Part shown: positions 1 through 14,658 of the stretch, piece after piece
Numbering within the stretch: position 1 is the stretch's first letter
Layout of the letters: the number at the start of each line of letters is the position of its first letter
Assembly (NCBI RefSeq): GCF_002866065.1
Contig: NZ_LNJZ01000008.1
Location: 106,346-146,345 of the forward strand
Direction: 5' to 3'
DNA: 40,000 nt
Source of the DNA: Thiopseudomonas denitrificans
GTDB taxonomy: Bacteria > Pseudomonadota > Gammaproteobacteria > Pseudomonadales > Pseudomonadaceae
Notes under the pieces: model-generated
Told to the model about the DNA's origin: nothing
Database searches by the model: none
The model's input: only the letters and a program-made list of their open reading frames with translations
Program-made: the position numbers and the translations under genes

Positions 1-346
1 CCAGCAAGCCGTCCATACCGCCTCCGGCTTCGGCACGAATGGCCCAGGCTTCCTTGTCACCGGTCTTCGGCGCATCAAGCAAGCCGGTGCCGTGACAAAC
101 GCCACAGCTCTTGGCAACGATATCATCACCGCTACGACCAGCTGCCGCTGCGGACGCAGAACCGCCGGCCGCTTCGGCCGGGGCAGCAGCTGCAGCAGCC
201 GCACACTCCTGGCCCTTGATGCAGACTTCGCCCACCGGCTTGAGGCGTGCGGCAACGGCATCATCGGTTGCTGCCTGTGCAGCCGCACCCGCCAATACAA
301 ACAATGCAGCCGCCGGAGCGACCAGGATCTTTTTAATCAGGTTCAC
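1..346 (-). CDS. c-type cytochrome, cytochrome c5 family (N-terminal part; 3' end lies beyond the window start)
   Basis: Absent from the ORF track because it starts at GTG (346) and runs off the edge. The minus-strand translation is MNLIKKILVAPAAALFVLAGAAAQA (signal peptide), ARLKPVGEVCIKGQEC, an Ala-rich linker, then SCGVCHGTGLLDAPKTGDKEAW. The CxxCH haem motif is encoded at 92-106, in frame with the start. SD-like AGAGGG lies 6 nt upstream. Confidence 0.8.
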   Translation of the reverse strand, partial: MNLIKKILVAPAAALFVLAGAAAQAATDDAVAARLKPVGEVCIKGQECAAAAAAAPAEAAGGSASAAAAGRSGDDIVAKSCGVCHGTGLLDAPKTGDKEAWAIRAEAGGGMDGLL

Positions 347-540
347 GGGTTACCCTCTTTATTTTGACGTTGAAAGTTCCGGCAAGCCTTGCGGCCTGCA
401 ACAAAGCCCGGGCCTGTCTGTGTGGCAGCCGGCGGTAAATTGCCGACTAGTATAACCAGTCAGGGGTTGATGTGAAACAGCCGGCCGCACGACAGTGCAT
501 ATTCGATCCGCCGTCCGTACCAGCCGCCAGTGGCATCCGC

Positions 541-1611
541 TCACCCATGATAGTGCCAGGCCACCCGCCGCACACCGGTCAGCAAGGTATAGGCGATAGT
601 GTCTGCGTGCCTGGCCACCTGCTCCACTGGCAGGTGGCGACCCCACAATTCCACCTTGCTGCCGACCCCGGCCTGCGGCAACCGGGTCAGGTCGACAGTC
701 AGCATGTCCATCGACACGCGACCCGCCAGGGCCGCCGGCTGCCCGTCAACCAGCACCGGCGTGCCATCCATCGCATGTCTCGGGTAGCCATCGGCATATC
801 CCATGGCCACCACACCGATACGGGCCGGCCCGGGAGTGACAAAACGCGCACCATAGCCCACCGCCTCGCCAGCCGGCAGCTCACGCACGGCAATCACCCT
901 CGACTCCAGCGTCATCACCGGCTGCAGGTGCCGGCCCAGTTCGTGGCTTGCCGCTAACGGATTGCTGCCGTACAGCATGATGCCGGGGCGGGTCCAGTCG
1001 CTGGCCATTTCCGGCCAGTCGAGGGTTGCCGCCGAGTTGCTCAGGCTGCGCAAGCCCTCCAGGCCTTTGGTGGCACTGTCAAACTGGCGCAACTGCTCGA
1101 GCGTACTGACCCGCTCGGGCTCATCGGCCCGGGCGAGGTGAGTCATCATGACGATATCGGCAACATTGGCGCAGGCCCGCAGCCGTTGCCAGGCGGCTGC
1201 GTATTCATGCGGAAAAAAACCGACCCGGTGCATGCCGGAATCCAGCTTGAGCCAGCAATTGAGCGGTCTGGACAGGGCAGCCTGCTCCAGCAGCTCCAGC
1301 TGCCACCAGGCATGCACCACCAGCCAAAAATCCTGCTCGACACACAGCGCCAGCTCATCCGGGTGAAACACACCCTCAAGCAGCAAAATCGGCAGCTGGA
1401 TACCGGCCTGACGCAACTCCAGCGCCTCTTCAATGCAGGCCACGGCAAAACCGTCAGCCTCTGCGGCCAGCGCCCGCGCACAGCGCACCGCGCCATGCCC
1501 GTAAGCATCCGCCTTGACCACGGCCAGGGCGCCACCACGACTGAGCGTTTTGGCCAGCCGGTAATTATGCAGCAATGCAGACAGATCAATTGTAGCCTGT
1601 GCCGGTCGCAT
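541..1611 (-). CDS. alr: alanine racemase (catabolic DadX-type by context)
   Basis: Part of ORF 541..1764. The start was trimmed to the ATG at 1611 ([19 protein letters not shown]). The PLP-lysine motif [11 protein letters not shown] is present. It lies directly downstream of dadA. Confidence 0.9.
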   Translation of the reverse strand: MRPAQATIDLSALLHNYRLAKTLSRGGALAVVKADAYGHGAVRCARALAAEADGFAVACIEEALELRQAGIQLPILLLEGVFHPDELALCVEQDFWLVVHAWWQLELLEQAALSRPLNCWLKLDSGMHRVGFFPHEYAAAWQRLRACANVADIVMMTHLARADEPERVSTLEQLRQFDSATKGLEGLRSLSNSAATLDWPEMASDWTRPGIMLYGSNPLAASHELGRHLQPVMTLESRVIAVRELPAGEAVGYGARFVTPGPARIGVVAMGYADGYPRHAMDGTPVLVDGQPAALAGRVSMDMLTVDLTRLPQAGVGSKVELWGRHLPVEQVARHADTIAYTLLTGVRRVAWHYHG

Positions 1612-1636
1612 GACATTCCTCAAAACAGACAAATGA

Positions 1637-2884
1637 TTAACAGGTAGCGTAACGGAAGATATCCAGTCCCTCGCCGCTGATTTCGGGTGTCCTCCCTGCC
1701 AGCCGGTCGGCCAGATAGCGGGACGTGCCACAGGCCACCGCGCAACCTGAGCCGCCATGGGCAATATTCAGCGTCAGATTGGCGTAAGCCGTAGCCCCCA
1801 CCACGGGTACGCCATCCGGCGTGACGTGGCACAGACCAGCCTGAAACTCGCCACTGCGGCTATCACCAGCCAGTGGAAACAGCGTATCGGCAACCATGGC
1901 CAGAGCATGCCTGCGTTGCGGATCCGGACGCCTGCCGGCCAGCTCCTGCATGCCGTGCAAGCGAAGACGCCGGCCAAAGCGGGTAATGGTAACACCCCGG
2001 GCCGAATCAAACACCGTGGAATGGGGGGCCGCAGCCGCATCCGTGATGTCATAGGCCAGCGCATGGCTCCTGAACCGATGCATCGGAACAGCAATACCCA
2101 GCCCGTCGAGCAAAGCCCGTGCCCGCTCATCCAGCGCCAACACATAGTGATCGGCCCGCAGCAGCGCCCCATTGACCCGCACGCCCTGCACGCGGTCGCC
2201 TTCACCCGGCAGTTGCTCAATGTTGCTGCCAAAACGGAACTCGACACCGGCCGCCCGCGCCAGCGTGCTCAGCCCGCCGGCAAACCCGCAGCAATCGACA
2301 GAACGGGCTCCGGGCCAATACAGGGCGCCAGCCAATCGATGGCGCACTCCGTGCAGGGCTGGCTCAACCCGCCCTATTTCATCCGGCAACAACAGGCTGC
2401 ATGACAGGTCATTGCTGACGGCACGCTGCATGTCCGCCACTGCCATCTCCAGCTGCTGCCGGTCATAAAAGACCCGGATCATGCCGCAGCGCCCGCCTGC
2501 CCCGTCGAGGCCGGCAGCCTCACATAGCTCCGCAAAGCACCCTTGACCATACCCGGTCAGTCGCAACAAGCGCTCCCGGCTCGCCGCACGACCGGCGGCG
2601 GAGCAATTACGCAGCAACCGCCACACCCACTGATACTGCTGCCAGCCGGTGCCCGGACGCAGAGCCGGTGGCCCATGCCGGAGCAACAGCCCGCGCATTG
2701 TCTGCAGCACCGTACTGCGAGCAACCCATGGAGCCACCCCGCCCGACATGCCGCAGCCGACACAGCAGGTTTCCCGGCCCGCAGCCAGTTGCGGCTCCAG
2801 TACGGTCACATCAAAACCCGACTGCCGCAAATAATAAGCCGTGGCGATGCCCGCCACTCCGGCACCCAGCACCATGACTTTCAT
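1637..2884 (-). CDS. dadA: D-amino acid dehydrogenase (FAD-dependent, DadA-like)
   Basis: Part of ORF 1637..3004, trimmed to the ATG at 2884, which is preceded by GGAGG. It has the N-terminal Rossmann motif [19 protein letters not shown]. It aligns along its length with the remembered E. coli DadA (LRNC, ITRF..R.R..GM, TPDG.PVVG, GRTP.I). Confidence 0.85.
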   Translation of the reverse strand: MKVMVLGAGVAGIATAYYLRQSGFDVTVLEPQLAAGRETCCVGCGMSGGVAPWVARSTVLQTMRGLLLRHGPPALRPGTGWQQYQWVWRLLRNCSAAGRAASRERLLRLTGYGQGCFAELCEAAGLDGAGGRCGMIRVFYDRQQLEMAVADMQRAVSNDLSCSLLLPDEIGRVEPALHGVRHRLAGALYWPGARSVDCCGFAGGLSTLARAAGVEFRFGSNIEQLPGEGDRVQGVRVNGALLRADHYVLALDERARALLDGLGIAVPMHRFRSHALAYDITDAAAAPHSTVFDSARGVTITRFGRRLRLHGMQELAGRRPDPQRRHALAMVADTLFPLAGDSRSGEFQAGLCHVTPDGVPVVGATAYANLTLNIAHGGSGCAVACGTSRYLADRLAGRTPEISGEGLDIFRYATC

Positions 2885-3004
2885 GCCACCTCCCTGTTTC
2901 CTGCCTTCCGTTCCGTCAAGGCAGACAGGATGCCATAAAAGGTGTCGGCATGCCTGACGCGCAAGCCGGAGCCGACCAACGGACAAGCTGCGGGCTGCAG
3001 GCAC

Positions 3005-3032
3005 AAAAAAGCCCGCACGAGGCGGGCCTTTT
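3005..3032 (-). terminator. rho-independent terminator of rpmB-rpmG
   Basis: Stem GCCCGC (3011-3016) pairs with GCGGGC (3022-3027). On the minus strand the hairpin is followed by a U-run (AAAAAA at 3005-3010 on plus). It lies 16 nt after the rpmG stop. Confidence 0.75.
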
Positions 3033-3047
3033 CTGAGGGCGCATCAA

Positions 3048-3203
3048 TTACTTGATTTTGCCTTCCTTGTAGATCACGTGCTTGCGGACAACCGGATCAT
3101 ATTTCTTGATTTCCAGTTTTTCCGGAGTAGTACGCTTGTTCTTGTCGGTGGTGTAGAAGTGGCCGGTACCGGCGCTGGACACCAGACGAATCAAATCACG
3201 CAT
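3048..3203 (-). CDS. rpmG: 50S ribosomal protein L33
   Basis: Too short for the ORF track. The manual minus-strand translation is [51 protein letters not shown]-stop (51 aa). It lies 11 nt downstream of rpmB. Confidence 0.9.
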   Translation of the reverse strand: MRDLIRLVSSAGTGHFYTTDKNKRTTPEKLEIKKYDPVVRKHVIYKEGKIK

Positions 3204-3214
3204 GATGCTGCTCC

Positions 3215-3451
3215 TTAGAACTTGACGCCACGAGCACGCAGCTCGGACAGAACGGTGTCGATGCCACGCTTGTCGATGACACGCATGCCTTTGGCAGATA
3301 CGCGCAGACGTACGAAACGCTTCTCGGACTCAACCCAGAAACGATGGTACTGCAAGTTTGGCAGGAAACGGCGACGGGTTTTGTTCATGGCGTGGGAAAC
3401 GTTGTTCCCCGTAACCGGACCCTTACCGGTTACTTGACAAACTCTTGACAT
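3215..3451 (-). CDS. rpmB: 50S ribosomal protein L28
   Basis: ORF of 78 aa beginning [34 protein letters not shown], a typical L28 sequence. Confidence 0.95.
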   Translation of the reverse strand: MSRVCQVTGKGPVTGNNVSHAMNKTRRRFLPNLQYHRFWVESEKRFVRLRVSAKGMRVIDKRGIDTVLSELRARGVKF

Positions 3452-3688
3452 GCCTCAGCCCTCTAGAACCACATGCCCAACCCGGCATGGGTTGGCTGTT
3501 GAAAACGTATTATCTTGCAAGCCATTGAAAATGCTTTGCTTTCAATGAAACTTCCATCTCTGCAGACCCGCCAGGCAGCGCTTCCCGTGATGCACAGGTA
3601 CACAAGGCCACAGACCGGGTCTGGAACGAAGTCGCACTTTATAGCAAAATCCGCCCGCAACAGCAAGCGTTGCGATAAAATTTAACTC

Positions 3689-4363
3689 TCACATCCAGCC
3701 GTACTCGACCATGGACAGCGGTTCGCCATCACCCACGATGAAGTGATCGAGAATCCGCACATCCACCAGCGCCAGCGCTTCCTTCAGGCGCTCGGTCAGC
3801 ATCCGGTCGGCCTGGCTGGGCTCTGCCACACCCGACGGATGGTTGTGACTCAGAATCAGCGCCGCCGCATTGTGCGCCAGCGCCCGCTTGACCACCTGCC
3901 TCGGATACACACTGGCACCGTCAATGGTGCCATAGAACAGCGGCTCGAAGGCCAGTACCCGGTGTCTGGTGTCCAGAAACAGGCAGGCAAACACTTCGTG
4001 CGGCTCATGGCGCAACCGCGCCTTGAGAAAATCACGTACCGCCTGCGGGCTTTCCAGTGCCGACTCGCGCTTGATGGTCGCCTCCAGATGTCGTCGACCC
4101 ATTTCCAGCACCGCCTGCAACTGGGCGAACTTGGCCGGCCCCAGCCCCAGATGGGAAGTGAATTCGTCCTGGTCCGCCTCCAGCAACTGACGCAGGCCAC
4201 CGAACTCTCCCAGCAACCGGCGGGCCAGCTCGACCGCACTGCAGCCCTGCACCCCGGTGCGTAAAAAAATTGCCAGCAACTCGGCATCCGACAGTACCAT
4301 CGCACCCGAACGCAGCAGTTTTTCGCGCGGACGCTCATGTTCCGGCCACAAACGTATGCTCAT
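3689..4363 (-). CDS. radC: RadC-family JAB/MPN domain protein (chromosomal copy)
   Basis: Part of ORF 3689..4498, trimmed to the ATG at 4363, which is preceded by AAGGAGG. The N-terminus is [17 protein letters not shown]. The JAB motif HNHPSG is present. It is divergent from coaBC, as in many proteobacteria. Confidence 0.85.
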   Translation of the reverse strand: MSIRLWPEHERPREKLLRSGAMVLSDAELLAIFLRTGVQGCSAVELARRLLGEFGGLRQLLEADQDEFTSHLGLGPAKFAQLQAVLEMGRRHLEATIKRESALESPQAVRDFLKARLRHEPHEVFACLFLDTRHRVLAFEPLFYGTIDGASVYPRQVVKRALAHNAAALILSHNHPSGVAEPSQADRMLTERLKEALALVDVRILDHFIVGDGEPLSMVEYGWM

Positions 4364-4518
4364 TGCGCATACCTCCTTGTATGTCTGCGGGGCTTGCCAC
4401 CCCGTCCCTGATCGCATACCGACAGCACTACAGCCACTGCTGTTCCGGCAGCTTCCTTGTGCTATCTTAATGCAGTTTTGTAAATTTACCATCCACATCT
4501 CTGTAACAGGACGATTTC

Positions 4519-5733
4519 ATGCAGCGCCTGGCCAACAAACGCATCATTCTCGGCATTGGCGGTGGCATTGCCGCCTACAAAGGGGCAGAGCTGGTGCGCC
4601 GCCTCAAGGATCTGGGTGCAGATGTCCGCGTGGTCATGACCCGCAGCGCACAAGAATTCATCACCCCCCTGACCCTGCAGGCACTGTCCGGCCATCCGGT
4701 TCATCTGGACCTGCTCGATCCGGCTGCCGAGGCGGCCATGGGCCATATCGAGCTGGCCCGCTGGGCCGACCTGGTGCTGGTGGCGCCAGCCACCGCAGAA
4801 ATCATGGCCCGTCTGGCCCAGGGCAATGCCAACGATCTGCTCACCACCCTGGTGCTGGCCACCGACGCCCCGGTGGCGCTGGCACCGGCCATGAACCAGG
4901 CCATGTGGCGCGACCCGGCAACACAGCATAACGCCCAGGTGCTGACACAGCGCGGTGTGCGCCTGTTCGGCCCGGCAGCCGGCAGCCAGGCCTGTGGTGA
5001 TATCGGTCCCGGCCGCATGCTGGAACCCGATCAGCTGGCACAGCACGCCGCCGAATGCTTCGAATCCGGTCTGTTGACCGGCAAGCACGTACTGGTCACC
5101 GCCGGACCAACCCGCGAGGCGATCGATCCGGTGCGTTACATTACCAATCACAGCTCCGGCAAGATGGGCTTTGCCGTGGCGCGCGCCGCAGCAGAAGCCG
5201 GCGCCCGCGTCACCCTGGTTAGCGGCCCGGTACAGCTCGCAACTCCGGAACGAGTGGACCGCATCAACGTCACCAGCGCCCGCGAAATGCTGCTGGCCTG
5301 CGAATCGGCCATGCCTTGCGATATCCTGATTGCCACCGCCGCAGTTGCCGACTTCCGCCCGGAGCTGCCCGCCGAGCACAAGCTGAAAAAGGACCCGGGC
5401 AGCGCTGACGGCATGTTGCTGCAGCTGGTACGCAATCCGGACATTCTGGCATCACTGGCGCAGCGCAACGACCGGCCGTTCAGCGTCGGCTTTGCCGCAG
5501 AAACACAACACCTGCTGGACTACGCTGCCGGCAAGCTGCGCGACAAGAATCTGGACCTGATCGTGGCCAACGATGTCTCCAACTCCAGCATCGGCTTTGA
5601 CAGCGAAGAGAACGCCATCACCGTGATCGACCGCTCCCATCGCCAGACCCATTTTGCCCAGACCAGCAAAAGCAAGATCGCCAACCAGCTGATCGGGCTC
5701 ATTCACCAGTACCTGAACAAGGACGAACCCTGA
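4519..5733 (+). CDS. coaBC: bifunctional phosphopantothenoylcysteine decarboxylase / phosphopantothenate-cysteine ligase
   Basis: 404-aa ORF. The N-terminal flavoprotein signature is [15 protein letters not shown]. The C-terminal CoaB region contains [10 protein letters not shown]. Confidence 0.95.
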   Translation: MQRLANKRIILGIGGGIAAYKGAELVRRLKDLGADVRVVMTRSAQEFITPLTLQALSGHPVHLDLLDPAAEAAMGHIELARWADLVLVAPATAEIMARLAQGNANDLLTTLVLATDAPVALAPAMNQAMWRDPATQHNAQVLTQRGVRLFGPAAGSQACGDIGPGRMLEPDQLAQHAAECFESGLLTGKHVLVTAGPTREAIDPVRYITNHSSGKMGFAVARAAAEAGARVTLVSGPVQLATPERVDRINVTSAREMLLACESAMPCDILIATAAVADFRPELPAEHKLKKDPGSADGMLLQLVRNPDILASLAQRNDRPFSVGFAAETQHLLDYAAGKLRDKNLDLIVANDVSNSSIGFDSEENAITVIDRSHRQTHFAQTSKSKIANQLIGLIHQYLNKDEP

Positions 5734-5734
5734 C

Positions 5735-6190
5735 ATGCACGCCATCCAAGCCAAAGTTCTCGACCCGCGCCTGGGCAGCGAATTCCCCCTGCCTGCCCAT
5801 GCCACTGCCGGCTCGGCCGGACTCGACCTGCGCGCCATGCTGAAAGAGGCCGTCACACTGAACCCCGGCGATACCCTGCTGATTCCCACCGGCCTGGCCA
5901 TCTACATCGAAGACCCGGGCCTGGCGGCTGTCATCCTGCCGCGCTCAGGGTTGGGCCACAAGCACGGCATCGTGCTCGGCAACCTCGTCGGCCTGATCGA
6001 CTCCGACTACCAGGGCGAATTGATGGTCTCCTGCTGGAACCGCGGCCAGAGCAGCTTCACCATCGAACCGGGCGAGCGCATTGCCCAGCTGGTACTGATA
6101 CCCGTGGTACAGGCACAACTGCGGCTGGTTGACGATTTTGCCGCCAGCGAGCGTGGCAGTGGCGGGTTTGGCCACACAGGCAAACAATAA
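5735..6190 (+). CDS. dut: dUTP diphosphatase
   Basis: 151-aa ORF with [33 protein letters not shown] and C-terminal [10 protein letters not shown]. It starts 1 nt after the coaBC stop. Confidence 0.95.
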   Translation: MHAIQAKVLDPRLGSEFPLPAHATAGSAGLDLRAMLKEAVTLNPGDTLLIPTGLAIYIEDPGLAAVILPRSGLGHKHGIVLGNLVGLIDSDYQGELMVSCWNRGQSSFTIEPGERIAQLVLIPVVQAQLRLVDDFAASERGSGGFGHTGKQ

Positions 6191-6220
6191 AACTGGCCAG
6201 CAAGCCGGCACGGAGGTTTC

Positions 6221-9675
<3,455 letters not shown>

Positions 9676-9696
9676 GCCCCCGCCAACTGCCGGACA

Positions 9697-9735
9697 CAAA
9701 AAAGGCCGCAGCCCCCACGGACTGCAGCCTTTTTC
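9697..9735. terminator. bidirectional rho-independent terminator between convergent argB and the KamA-family gene
   Basis: Hairpin GGCCGCAG (9704-9711) pairs with CTGCAGCC (9722-9729) with one mismatch. It is flanked by an A-run upstream and a T-run downstream. Confidence 0.7.
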
Positions 9736-9752
9736 GTTCATCACACCCGAAG

Positions 9753-11117
9753 TCAGGCGCCAGCCTGCTCCTGCATGGCATTGTATTCATCAGTAAAGAA
9801 AAACTTCTCTTCGCCAAACGCCGGTACCAGGTCGTCAAACCAGGTGGCCTCGGGGTCGTACTTGGCAAAGAAGATACGCTGAACCCAGTCCGGGTTGCGG
9901 CCCTGGATAAAGCGCAGAATGAACACCTTCTCGCCGTTGATCACATCAATACCCTGGATTTCCACCTTGCCGGGGCCGGCACTCATCGACGGGCCACGGG
10001 CGGTACGCGCCAGGCCGGAGACCTGCTGAATGGCCTCACGGTAAATCTGCCAGGTGCGCTCCAGCGGCACCTCGAAGTAGCGCTTGGCACCGGTGTCACG
10101 CTCGACAAACATGTAATAGGGCACGATGCCCAGCCGTACCTGAGTACGCCACATGCGCGCCCAGACATCCGGATCATCATTGATGTGCTGGACCACGGGG
10201 GCCTGGGCACGAATGACGGCTCCTGTTGCCTGGATGCGCTTGATCGCTTCACGCACGATCGGCGTTTCCATTTCACGCCAGTGGTTGAAATGGGCCATCA
10301 GCGCCACATGCTTGCCACCACGCACCAGACGGGTGAACAGCGCCAGCAGCTCGTCGGCATCCGGGTCGGTGACAAAGCGCTGCGGCCAGAAGGTCAGGGA
10401 TTTGGTGCCGATGCGGATGGTCTGCACATGATCCAGCTCGGGGCGCATCATGCCGTCCAGATAGCCCTTGAGATGATGGGTTTTCATCACCATCGGGTCG
10501 CCACCGGTGATCAGCAGGTCGGTCACTTCCTTGTGCTGTGCCAGATAGCGATGCAGGCTGTCAGCCTCATTACTGGCAAAACGCAGCTCCTTGTCACCAA
10601 TGAACTGCGCCCAGCGGAAGCAGAACGTACAGTAGGTATGGCACACCTGGCCCTGACTGGGAAAGAACAGCACCGTTTCACGGTACTTGTGCTGCATGCC
10701 GGGCAAGGGTTCGCCATCGAGCATGGGCACGTTCATTTCCTGCTGGCCGGCGGGGTGCGGGTTGAGTTTTTCGCGGATGTCGTTGGCAATCGCCTGGATT
10801 TCGCTGCGCTCGGCTTCACGCATGAGCGCCTCGGCCATGCGGTCGTAATCTTCGGGAGCGAGCATGCCGCGCTGGGGAAAGGTCAGCTGGAAAATCGGAT
10901 CAGCCGGAATGTTGTTCCAGTCGATCAGCTCGTCAATCACATACTGGTTGACACGAAACGGCAGCACATTGGCCACCACGCGCATTTCAAAACGCTGTTC
11001 TGCCGTCAGCTGCTGTAGCGGTGCGATCCGCTCCAGCTGCCGTTCGGTGTACACCACAAATTTGGTGTTTTGCGTATAGACCTCATCCGAGGCTCTTGTT
11101 TTTATCAATCGAGTCAT
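9753..11117 (-). CDS. KamA-family radical SAM protein (lysine 2,3-aminomutase-like)
   Basis: 454-aa ORF with the radical-SAM cluster CHTYCTFCFR (CxxxCxxC) followed by LLITGGDP. SD GGAGAG precedes the ATG at 11117. Confidence 0.85.
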   Translation of the reverse strand: MTRLIKTRASDEVYTQNTKFVVYTERQLERIAPLQQLTAEQRFEMRVVANVLPFRVNQYVIDELIDWNNIPADPIFQLTFPQRGMLAPEDYDRMAEALMREAERSEIQAIANDIREKLNPHPAGQQEMNVPMLDGEPLPGMQHKYRETVLFFPSQGQVCHTYCTFCFRWAQFIGDKELRFASNEADSLHRYLAQHKEVTDLLITGGDPMVMKTHHLKGYLDGMMRPELDHVQTIRIGTKSLTFWPQRFVTDPDADELLALFTRLVRGGKHVALMAHFNHWREMETPIVREAIKRIQATGAVIRAQAPVVQHINDDPDVWARMWRTQVRLGIVPYYMFVERDTGAKRYFEVPLERTWQIYREAIQQVSGLARTARGPSMSAGPGKVEIQGIDVINGEKVFILRFIQGRNPDWVQRIFFAKYDPEATWFDDLVPAFGEEKFFFTDEYNAMQEQAGA

Positions 11118-11395
11118 GGGTACTCTCCATATTCATGGCAAGCACAACCACCTGAACGGCGGCCCGACGCTGCTTGCCCGACTGGGTATCCCCGCAGGGA
11201 AAAGACAATTACCTTGGGTAATCAAGAGCGGCCCGGGCAGTCTGGCAGACAGCCCGCATGGCCAATCACATGGGACACATGGGTTCCCACAAAGTCCGGA
11301 AACATTCCGGCCAAAAGAACGCCTTTTTAGAAAAGGACGGGCAGGGTACTGCAGTTTTTTTGCAGACTCAATTTTTTTTGCCGCGTTGAATCCAT

Positions 11396-11980
11396 CTAGC
11401 GGGAATTCAGCAGCTGTTCCAGGCGCCGTTTGTCGACCGCAAATTCAGCCGCTACATCGAGCTTGAGCTGCTGGTAGCGATCAATTTCCTGCAGGTAGAC
11501 GCGCTCCCTCTGCTCCAGGGCAGCAATCTGTTCGAGCAGCGCACCGGGTACCTCGCGTCCGGCGCGCTCGTGGTTGCCGGCATCCTTGAGCAGCACCGAC
11601 TTGTCTTCCTGGATATCGGTCATATTGCGGCGCACCAGACCGATAAAGGAGTCTATTTCCATTTGTTTGCGCGCTTCGGCCCGTTCCACATCGGACACCT
11701 GGCTATACAAGCGCAACAGTTGACGGTCGATGTCCGCCTGCTGCTTCTCTTCCTGCAACAGGCGGTGCTCTTCAGGGGTCAGCGCACGCGGCACCACCCG
11801 TATCACACGGCCATGTTCGTTGATCACCTCATAGCCGTTGCCAATCACGCTGGAGGGTACGCCCTGGCGGGAAATCACCGTGACGCCATTGGCGTCCACG
11901 TAGCGGTAGTATTCCACCGCCTGGGCCGCACCGCAGGACAACAACGCCACCAGGGCCCATCCATTGCGTATTCTGGTCAT
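11396..11980 (-). CDS. DUF4124-like secreted protein with coiled-coil C-terminus
   Basis: Part of ORF 11396..12013, trimmed to the ATG at 11980 (SD GGAGAA). The signal peptide is MTRIRNGWALVALLSCGAAQA. The DUF4124-like motif is YYRYVDANGV. Confidence 0.6.
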   Translation of the reverse strand: MTRIRNGWALVALLSCGAAQAVEYYRYVDANGVTVISRQGVPSSVIGNGYEVINEHGRVIRVVPRALTPEEHRLLQEEKQQADIDRQLLRLYSQVSDVERAEARKQMEIDSFIGLVRRNMTDIQEDKSVLLKDAGNHERAGREVPGALLEQIAALEQRERVYLQEIDRYQQLKLDVAAEFAVDKRRLEQLLNSR

Positions 11981-12005
11981 GATGCATTCTCCGTTTTTCG
12001 CCCGC

Positions 12006-12650
12006 TCAGGCAATGCCGTAAGTATCCCGGTAACGTTGCACCGCAGGCAGATAAGCCTTCAACCGGGGGTCTTCTGCCAGGTACTGCATAATCTGCTGCA
12101 GGGAAACAATGCTGATCACCGGCATGCTGAAGTCACGCTCCACCTCCTGGATGGCCGACAGTTCACCCTGGCCACGCTCCTGCCGGTCAAGGGCGATCAG
12201 CACACCTGCCGCCTGTGCGCCTTCACGCCCGATGATCTGCATCACCTCGCGAATGGCGGTACCGGCAGTGATGACATCATCGACAATCATCACCCGCCCC
12301 TGCAAGGGCGCGCCTACCAGCACCCCGCCCTCGCCATGATCCTTGGCTTCCTTGCGGTTGAAGCACCATGGCCGGTCCTGGCCGTGTTCACCAGCCAGCG
12401 CCAGCGCCACACTGGTCGCCAGCGGGATACCCTTGTACGCGGGCCCGAACAGCACATCGTACTCCACGCCACTATCCAGCAAGGCGCGAGCATAAAACTG
12501 ACCCAGCCGGGCCAGTGCCAGCCCGCTGTTGAACAGGCCGGCGTTGAAAAAATACGGGCTGACACGCCCCGACTTGAGCTGGAACTCACCAAAACGCAAT
12601 ACACCGCGCTCAATGGCAAAACGGATGAATTCCTCTTGATAATCTTGCAT
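12006..12650 (-). CDS. pyrE: orotate phosphoribosyltransferase
   Basis: 214-aa ORF with the PRPP-binding motif [13 protein letters not shown]. Confidence 0.95.
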   Translation of the reverse strand: MQDYQEEFIRFAIERGVLRFGEFQLKSGRVSPYFFNAGLFNSGLALARLGQFYARALLDSGVEYDVLFGPAYKGIPLATSVALALAGEHGQDRPWCFNRKEAKDHGEGGVLVGAPLQGRVMIVDDVITAGTAIREVMQIIGREGAQAAGVLIALDRQERGQGELSAIQEVERDFSMPVISIVSLQQIMQYLAEDPRLKAYLPAVQRYRDTYGIA

Positions 12651-12873
12651 AACGGACCTTGATCAAAACAGGAACAACATAAAAATCACACAGACAGGGC
12701 ACAGAATACAACATTCCCTGCCATCCTCCGGCATGACGGTAACATTTTAACCGCTCCGGCAACGAACTGCACTGGCTGCCGGCAATCGGTGCAAATCACC
12801 AGCTCCCGCTTTTCCTTAGCCAATTCCATACGGCTTAGGTATCATACTCGCAGTTTTTTTCCAGAGACCAGCC

Positions 12874-13653
12874 ATGCGCATCATCAGTATCAATGTTAAC
12901 GGACTGCACAACGCCGTTGCCTGCGGCCTGCACGACTGGCTCGGCCAGCAGGATGCCGACGTCATCTGCCTGCAGGATACCCGCATTGATGCTGCCGAGA
13001 TTGAGCACCCGGAACTGCAGCTGCCCGGCTACCAGGCATTTGCCAGCTCCGGCGAGCAGCCGGAGCAAGGCGGCGTGGCCCTTTACACCCGCGTCCAGCC
13101 CCGGGCCATCATCACCACGCTGGGCTTTGAATCGGCCGACCGCTTCGGCCGCTACATCCAGGCTGATTTCGACAAGATCAGCATCGGCAGCCTGCTGTTT
13201 CCCAACGGCCGTGCGGACGATCAGCAGCTCAATGAAAAATTCAGGTTCATGGAAGACCTGGGACGCTACCTCGACAAACAGCGGCGCAAGCGGCGAGACT
13301 ACATCTACTGCAGCTCGGCGTTTATTGCCCACCAGAAATTCGACGTCAAGCACTGGCGCGATTGCCAGCAAACACCCGGCTTCCTGCCCGCTGAACGTGC
13401 CTGGCTGGATGAGCTGGTACACGACATGGGCTACATCGACGCATTGCGCGAAGTCAGCCGTGAAGGAGACCAGTTCAGCTGGTGGCCAGACAGCGAGCAG
13501 GCGGAAATGCTCAACCTGGGCTGGCGCTTTGACTACCAGCTGCTAACCCCCGGGCTCAAGCGCACCGTACGCAATGCCCGTCTGTTCCGCCAGCCGCGCT
13601 TTTCCGAACACGCACCCTTGCAGGTGGATTACGACTGGACGCTGAGTTTCTAG
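12874..13653 (+). CDS. crc: catabolite repression control protein Crc (exonuclease III/EEP fold)
   Basis: 259-aa ORF. MRIISINVNG, DVICLQDTR and QFSWWPDSEQAEMLNLGWRFDYQLLTPGL closely resemble my recollection of Pseudomonas Crc. The pyrE-crc-rph synteny matches. A true ExoIII cannot be excluded without alignment. Confidence 0.7.
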   Translation: MRIISINVNGLHNAVACGLHDWLGQQDADVICLQDTRIDAAEIEHPELQLPGYQAFASSGEQPEQGGVALYTRVQPRAIITTLGFESADRFGRYIQADFDKISIGSLLFPNGRADDQQLNEKFRFMEDLGRYLDKQRRKRRDYIYCSSAFIAHQKFDVKHWRDCQQTPGFLPAERAWLDELVHDMGYIDALREVSREGDQFSWWPDSEQAEMLNLGWRFDYQLLTPGLKRTVRNARLFRQPRFSEHAPLQVDYDWTLSF

Positions 13654-13707
13654 CCAGTACCAGGTTGCACGCCCGACAACAGGTATCTGCCGCATCATGA
13701 CGCGCCA

Positions 13708-13733
13708 CCACCCGGCAGTTGCCGGGTGGTTTT
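13708..13733 (+). terminator. rho-independent terminator after crc
   Basis: Perfect 10-bp stem CCACCCGGCA (13708-13717) pairs with TGCCGGGTGG (13720-13729), with a 2-nt loop, then TTTT. Confidence 0.7.
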
Positions 13734-13741
13734 CTGCAATC

Positions 13742-14470
13742 TCAGCCTTCCAGCGCGTTGTGCTGCAGCGCAAACAGCTCGGTGATGCCTTTTTCAGCCA
13801 GCGCCAGCATGCTGTTGAACTGTTGCGCATCAAAGGGAGCTCCTTCGGCGGTTCCCTGCACCTCGATAAAGCCGCCGGCATCGGTCATGACCACGTTCAG
13901 GTCGGTTTCGGCAGCCGAGTCTTCCGGATAATCCAGGTCCAGCACCGCCCCGCCCTGATAAATGCCTACCGATACTGCGGCAATCCGCTGTTTCAGCGGC
14001 AACGGCTTGTTGGCGCTCAGCCAGCCACGCTGCTGCATGACAGCCAGTGCATCCTCGACCGCCACCATCGCCCCGGTAATCGCCGCCGTGCGGGTACCGC
14101 CATCGGCCTGGATAACATCACAGTCCACGGTCAGGGTATAGTCGCCCAGTGCAGACAGATCCACCGCCGCCCGCAGCGAGCGCCCGATCAGGCGCTGGAT
14201 TTCCAGCGTACGGCCACCCTGCTTGCCACTGGCTGCCTCGCGACGGGTGCGGTCACCGGTGGCACGGGGCAGCATGCCATATTCGGCGGTCAGCCAGCCC
14301 TGGTTCTGGCCACGCAGAAAACGCGGCACGCCGCTTTCCACACTGGCGGTGCAAATCACCTTGGTCCGGCCGAACTCGACCAGCACCGAACCTTCGGCGT
14401 GACAGGTATAGTTGCGGGTGATCTTTACTTCTCGCAGCTGATCTGCGGCACGGCCACTGGGACGGCTCAT
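13742..14470 (-). CDS. rph: ribonuclease PH
   Basis: Part of ORF 13742..14509, trimmed to the ATG at 14470. It begins [34 protein letters not shown] and contains [11 protein letters not shown]. Confidence 0.9.
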   Translation of the reverse strand: MSRPSGRAADQLREVKITRNYTCHAEGSVLVEFGRTKVICTASVESGVPRFLRGQNQGWLTAEYGMLPRATGDRTRREAASGKQGGRTLEIQRLIGRSLRAAVDLSALGDYTLTVDCDVIQADGGTRTAAITGAMVAVEDALAVMQQRGWLSANKPLPLKQRIAAVSVGIYQGGAVLDLDYPEDSAAETDLNVVMTDAGGFIEVQGTAEGAPFDAQQFNSMLALAEKGITELFALQHNALEG

Positions 14471-14658
14471 TGGTTTTTCCCCTGAAAGTCCGGATGACGC
14501 AGCGGCCATGATGCCGCTGCCGATAAAGTTTCCGGACAGTATAAAGGATTAACCCCGTCACCGCCCCGATGTCGGCAAGCCGGAAAAACACATTTGCCGA
14601 CTGCAGGCCGGCGGCAATCAGGCTAGACTGTCGCCTTTGCCATCACCGAGGACACCCC

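Noticed and set aside
3463-3666. 67-aa minus-strand ORF in the rpmB-radC intergenic region.
   Set aside because: It lies in the expected rpmBG promoter/leader region. It has no SD and an implausible sequence.
541-4498. Upstream extensions of the track ORFs for alr (to 1764), dadA (to 3004) and radC (to 4498). The same applies to rph (to 14509), yicC (from 14569), DUF932 (from 17721), yqaJ (from 18970) and mod (to 31911).
   Set aside because: Internal start codons with good SD sequences give N-termini matching the known families. The extensions overlap neighbouring genes or intergenic signals.
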